From: an uncultured Actinomycetes bacterium
Lineage (GTDB): Bacteria; Actinomycetota; UBA4738; HRBIN12
NCBI GenBank assembly: GCA_963728735.1
Contig: CAVSLX010000012.1
Location: 140,044 to 204,043, forward strand
Direction: 5' to 3'
Length of the DNA: 64,000 nucleotides
Part shown: positions 61,471 through 64,000 of the stretch, one piece after another
Numbering within the stretch: the stretch's first letter is position 1
Layout: each line of letters opens with the position of its first letter
Program-made: the position numbers and the translations under genes
The notes under the pieces: generated by a model
Told to the model about the DNA's origin: nothing
Database searches by the model: none
What the model saw: the letters and a program-made list of their open reading frames with translations, nothing else

Positions 61471-63149
61471 GCGAACACCGCCCAGTTCGAGGCGACGATC
61501 AACGAGCCGATCAGCGCCAGCAACGCCACCCACGCCGTGAGCACCATGCGCCGGAAGGTCCACCGCTGGATCCGGATCGGCTGCCGCGTGGGCGCGAGTT
61601 TTCGGAACTCCTCGACGAGGTCGCGGCCGTCGTCCTTCATCATCGTGCGGAGCTGCGTCGGCATGGCCACGCCACGGGCGGCGGCGAAGGCCTCCGCGAC
61701 GTCGTCGGGCGTGAAGTACTCGAGGGCGCGCTCGTAGACCGTCGCGGCGTCGGTGCGGAGCGCGAGCACGAGCATCATGTTGGCCAGATCCACCGCCTGG
61801 CGCCACGGTGATGGCCGGACCTGTACGAAGAAGACGTCGATGAGGCGAAGGTGCTCGCCGTCCACCATCAGGTTCGCGGGCTTGATGTCACGGTGCGCGA
61901 GGCCAAGGTCCCAGAGTCGGCGCACGAGTTCGAGCCCTTCGTCGATGATGCCCTCGTCGACGTCGGCCTCACCGATCTCGACGGCGCCGTCGAAGAACTG
62001 CATCAGGATCATGTATTCGCGTTCGGGGGAGAGCTCGACGACGCCGTACGGCGCTGGCGTCGGCAACTGCTCGTCGTAGAGGAGGCGGAGCGCGTAGTCC
62101 TCGTACTCGACGAAGCGCCGGACGGAGCCGAACGGCGTCTCGTCCTCGAGGGCGCCGTACAAGATCGTGCGCCCGAGCTTGTACCAGCGATCCGCACGAA
62201 CGTGGCTCATCGCGTAGACCTTGCCGAAGACGTACCGGCGCTCGCCGTCGTCGCGCTCGATCGTGAGCCGGATCGGCATGGAGCCTCCCGAGCCCTCGAG
62301 CCCGATCGGCTCGACCTCCAGAACGTGCTCGCCCACCTGGTCCGCGACGGCTTTCTCGATCGCCTCGCCGCGCCGGCCCCCTACGTCGAGGTGCGCCGAC
62401 TTGCCTCGCTGATAGGTCACCGGGAACACGTCGCTCGGCGTGAGGAGGCGGAACATCGCGAGCCCGACGGTCACGCCGAGCATCGCGCCGGCAACCGCCG
62501 ACGTCGGATGGTCCACGGCGAGGACGATGCGGACGAGCACGAGGACACCGAGGATCACCCCGACGGCCCATTTCCCCCGGTCGCGCCAACGACCGTGCGG
62601 CACCAAGGTGTACAGGACGCCCATGAGCGACACGGCGAGGGACGCGAGCGGTCTCGAGGGCATCGCGAAGCCCTGCCACGGCCCCAGGATGGTGACGTCG
62701 AGCGGCCGAGGCCGGCTGATGAACAGCGCGATCTGATACGAGACCGCCTCGAGCACGATCAGCGCGCCCACGTACACGATCAGGTGTCGCCAGCGCCGGA
62801 AGACCATGAGCAGGAGCAACGTGCCCCAGCGCAGGATCCGGATCGTCCAGCGTGAAGCCAGCAGGTTGACGATCTCCGACGCGTCGACGGTGAAAGGCGT
62901 GCGGATCTTGGCGAAGGCGCGGAGGATCGCGACGTCGACGGCCTCGACGATCCCTCCGAGCTGTTCGAAGAGCAGGACCCCGATCAGGGCCACGCCGAAG
63001 TACACGAGGGCAGCGATCAGCCAGAGCCGCCCGCTCCGCCCGAGCTCTCGAGGCAGCGGGGGCGGCTCTCCCGACGGCCGGCGCCGACGGGCACCCCGGC
63101 CGAAGTCGAGCTCGCCTCGCCCGACGGCGCGACCGGCCTCGGTGCTCAC
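61467..63149 (-). CDS. membrane fusion protein: degenerate PAP2-like 6-TM domain + Hanks-type-like kinase domain + C-terminal TM
   Basis: The PAP2 motifs are degenerate (ISRPRP without Lys, PSRP instead of PSGH, VRIVLAVDHPTS). The kinase-like part has a GLEGSGGS loop, YVFGKVY, catalytic loop LAHRDIKPANLMV, and IDVFF in place of DFG. GTG 63149 overlaps the upstream stop (GTGA). Confidence 0.55.
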   Translation of the reverse strand: MSTEAGRAVGRGELDFGRGARRRRPSGEPPPLPRELGRSGRLWLIAALVYFGVALIGVLLFEQLGGIVEAVDVAILRAFAKIRTPFTVDASEIVNLLASRWTIRILRWGTLLLLMVFRRWRHLIVYVGALIVLEAVSYQIALFISRPRPLDVTILGPWQGFAMPSRPLASLAVSLMGVLYTLVPHGRWRDRGKWAVGVILGVLVLVRIVLAVDHPTSAVAGAMLGVTVGLAMFRLLTPSDVFPVTYQRGKSAHLDVGGRRGEAIEKAVADQVGEHVLEVEPIGLEGSGGSMPIRLTIERDDGERRYVFGKVYAMSHVRADRWYKLGRTILYGALEDETPFGSVRRFVEYEDYALRLLYDEQLPTPAPYGVVELSPEREYMILMQFFDGAVEIGEADVDEGIIDEGLELVRRLWDLGLAHRDIKPANLMVDGEHLRLIDVFFVQVRPSPWRQAVDLANMMLVLALRTDAATVYERALEYFTPDDVAEAFAAARGVAMPTQLRTMMKDDGRDLVEEFRKLAPTRQPIRIQRWTFRRMVLTAWVALLALIGSLIVASNWAVFA

Positions 63150-64000
63150 GCCGAGCTCCCGCCCGGGGCCGGGGTACCGCCCTCCACGAGCCGCTCCGCG
63201 AGGAGCCAGGCGCCCGCGGCATCGGCGGGAGACGTGCCGCCCCCGACCGCCTCGTTCAGGTCTCGCAGATCCTCGGTCGTGAGCGCGTCGGACACCCGGT
63301 CGAGCGCGGCGATCGTCTCGACCCCGAACCAGGCAGCGACCTCCCCGTCCACGATCGGGACGACGTTCTCGGTGGGCTGGAGCTCCCGATCGTCGCGCAG
63401 GACGACGATATCCGGCGCGTGGACGGCGGGGTCGCTCGTGAAGAGGAGCACGACGTCGACGAATCCCTGCGTCAGCGCCTCGAGGCTCACGGGCCCGCCG
63501 GCGTCGAGCGCCACGAACCGTTCGAACTCGAGGCCGTAGCGTCGTTCGAGCCCGGGTAGGCAGAACCGCCGTTCCAGGCACTCGTGCGGGCCCCCGATCA
63601 CGAGGCCGTTCGCGAACGGCCGAAGGGACGACAAGGTGTCGACATGGAACTGGTGCGCCGTTACGGCCGTGACGGCGAACGCGTTGCGGTCCTGCGCCGG
63701 CGCGGGCCGAAGCAGGCGAAGGCCCCGGCTCTCGAGCGCGTCGGCCAGGCGCGCCGCCGTGCGTTCCGGGTCGGCCGAGGGAACCCCACCGAGGAAATCG
63801 AGTGCGCTCCCCGTGTATTCGGGGATCAGCTCGATCAATCCGCTCTCGAGGGCCGGCATCAGGAGCTCTCGAGGCCCGGCGTTGAGCTGGCGCTCGACGG
63901 TGATCCCTCGCGCCTCGAGCGCCTGGGCGTAGAGCTCGGCGAGGACCTCGCTCTCAGGGAAGTCGAACGAGGCGATGGTGACGGCGTCGTCGCCGCTGAT
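63146..64000 (-). CDS. glycine betaine/osmoprotectant-type ABC transporter substrate-binding protein (5' end beyond right edge)
   Basis: The frame is open to 64000: ISGDDAVTIASFDFPESEVLAELYAQALEARGITVERQLNAGPRELLMPALESGLIELIPEYTGSAL.., typical OpuAC/OpuBC fold sequence. Confidence 0.7.
   Translation of the reverse strand: MSGDDAVTIASFDFPESEVLAELYAQALEARGITVERQLNAGPRELLMPALESGLIELIPEYTGSALDFLGGVPSADPERTAARLADALESRGLRLLRPAPAQDRNAFAVTAVTAHQFHVDTLSSLRPFANGLVIGGPHECLERRFCLPGLERRYGLEFERFVALDAGGPVSLEALTQGFVDVVLLFTSDPAVHAPDIVVLRDDRELQPTENVVPIVDGEVAAWFGVETIAALDRVSDALTTEDLRDLNEAVGGGTSPADAAGAWLLAERLVEGGTPAPGGSSA

Overview
GC-rich chromosomal segment (third codon positions are almost all G/C) with the gene content and order of a core Actinomycetota housekeeping region.

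Gene order, left to right:
- His-rich protein fragment, pckA, thiL-thiD, rpmB, TlpA-like lipoprotein
- recG-rsmD-coaD, DivIVA-like, DUF177, rpmF, rnc, fpg, pncA
- Ser/Pro-repeat surface protein, acyP-smc-ftsY
- small response regulator and histidine kinase
- ffh-rpsP-KH-rimM-trmD-rplS-lepB-rnhB-DUF2469-yraN
- antisense PLP decarboxylase
- comM-dprA-xerC, WhiG/FliA-like sigma, M23 peptidase, PQQ-like propeller
- rpsB-tsf-pyrH-frr-cdsA-dxr-rseP
- OmpR/HK pair, YjbQ, ispG, a divergent membrane/secreted pair
- trpE-trpG, proS
- rimP-nusA-ylxR-infB-DUF503-rbfA-nrnA-truB
- a membrane-lipid-flavoured cluster: UPF0104, PAP2, lipoprotein, degenerate-PAP2/Hanks-kinase fusion, betaine-type binding protein

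From memory, not searched, this is the same order as the M. tuberculosis Rv2927c-to-Rv2793c region and the Streptomyces whiG-rpsB-tsf-pyrH-frr-cdsA locus.

I found no rRNA or tRNA genes, CRISPR arrays, transposases, prophage or recognisable defence/toxin modules. I therefore cannot support a claim of a new multi-gene system here.

The most striking property is a sharply bounded block (about 17.2-41.8 kb) in which nearly every gene, including essential single-copy ones, is broken by many 1-nt frameshifts, while both flanks are clean. This is most likely a sequence-quality artefact but needs checking.

Smaller leads:
- a Trp-codon leader peptide plus attenuator hairpin upstream of trpE
- a chain of three overlapping 5-codon mini-ORFs feeding into the trpE start
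- a CsoR-like palindrome inside a leaderless-type promoter for a His-rich protein
- a sortase-signal surface protein with perfect coding tandem repeats
- an Fpg homologue lacking the catalytic N-terminal Pro
- a degenerate-PAP2/kinase fusion operon

Coordinates of genes inside the frameshift block are approximate.
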